Shown: in pieces, positions 63,829 through 64,000 of the stretch
Layout: each line of letters begins with the position of its first letter
Position numbering within the stretch: position 1 is the first letter of the stretch
From: Clostridia bacterium
Lineage (GTDB): Bacteria; Bacillota; Clostridia; Oscillospirales; CAG-382
Reading direction: 5' to 3'
Length of the DNA: 64,000 nt
Assembly (NCBI GenBank): GCA_017625615.1
Contig: JAGAKP010000064.1
Span: forward strand, 608 to 64,607
Position numbers and translations under genes: made by a program
Notes under the pieces: model-generated
Database searches by the model: none
The model's input: the letters and a program-made list of their open reading frames with translations, nothing else
Told to the model about the DNA's origin: nothing

Positions 63829-64000
63829 GCACACTCCAACCGTCCTTTCCGCTCCGCTCCAGCGCGCCGAAAAGACGTGTCTTAAGGTGTCTGTCCTTTT
63901 TGGACATCTCGTCAAGCATCACCTTCGTGTCCTCTCTGCGGGTAGTGCCGTCTGCAGGGCAGTATTTGGGGGATACCTCAATTTTATTTTTGTTTATAAA
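63785..64000 (-). CDS. 3' end of an unidentified CDS entering from the right edge. Position suggests a ComFA-like helicase, but this is unverified.
   Basis: Open minus-strand frame from the window edge to TAG at 63785-63787 (...KYCPADGTTRREDTKVMLDEMSKKDRHLKTRLFGALERSGKDGWSVHERVRRTKSKKAPE). It overlaps the comFC start by 44 nt. Confidence 0.3.
   Translation of the reverse strand, partial: FINKNKIEVSPKYCPADGTTRREDTKVMLDEMSKKDRHLKTRLFGALERSGKDGWSVHERVRRTKSKKAPE

Overview
This looks like a chromosomal segment from a spore-forming Firmicute, probably Clostridia-like; I cannot place it more precisely from sequence alone. About 60 CDS are packed densely. Most are core housekeeping: addB-addA, spoIIR, a ClpC-like ATPase, ylxM-ffh-rpsP-KH-rimM-trmD, ptsH, uvrC, rsmD-coaD, recD2, prmA, ligA, psd, pflB-pflA behind a ZTP riboswitch, cobB, ddl-murI, dnaD/dnaI-like, rnhA, spoVT, tdk, hppA and comFC. 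I saw no rRNA, tRNA, CRISPR array, transposase, integrase or prophage structural genes. Four things are not explained by ordinary housekeeping. (1) A one-gene cassette at about 57.07-59.08 kb, bounded by a 36-bp direct repeat, encodes a three-module TIR protein (TIR, an unassigned middle module, then a DUF218/YdcF-like domain). This is my best candidate for an undescribed NAD-linked immune or abortive-infection module. (2) An accessory islet at about 28.3-32.3 kb holds a membrane/Rossmann protein with a RyR-like tail, a stand-alone RyR-domain protein, two XRE regulators, and a divergently transcribed lipoprotein with an acidic linker and YD repeats under palindromic operators. (3) A roughly 41-44-bp GNRA-capped hairpin repeat (REP-like) occurs at six loci, twice as tandem doublets, and usually sits just beyond an intrinsic terminator. 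(4) A promoter-to-terminator structured RNA of unassigned class lies upstream of hppA. All calls come from reading the sequence and the ORF track and from recalled family signatures. No database search was run.
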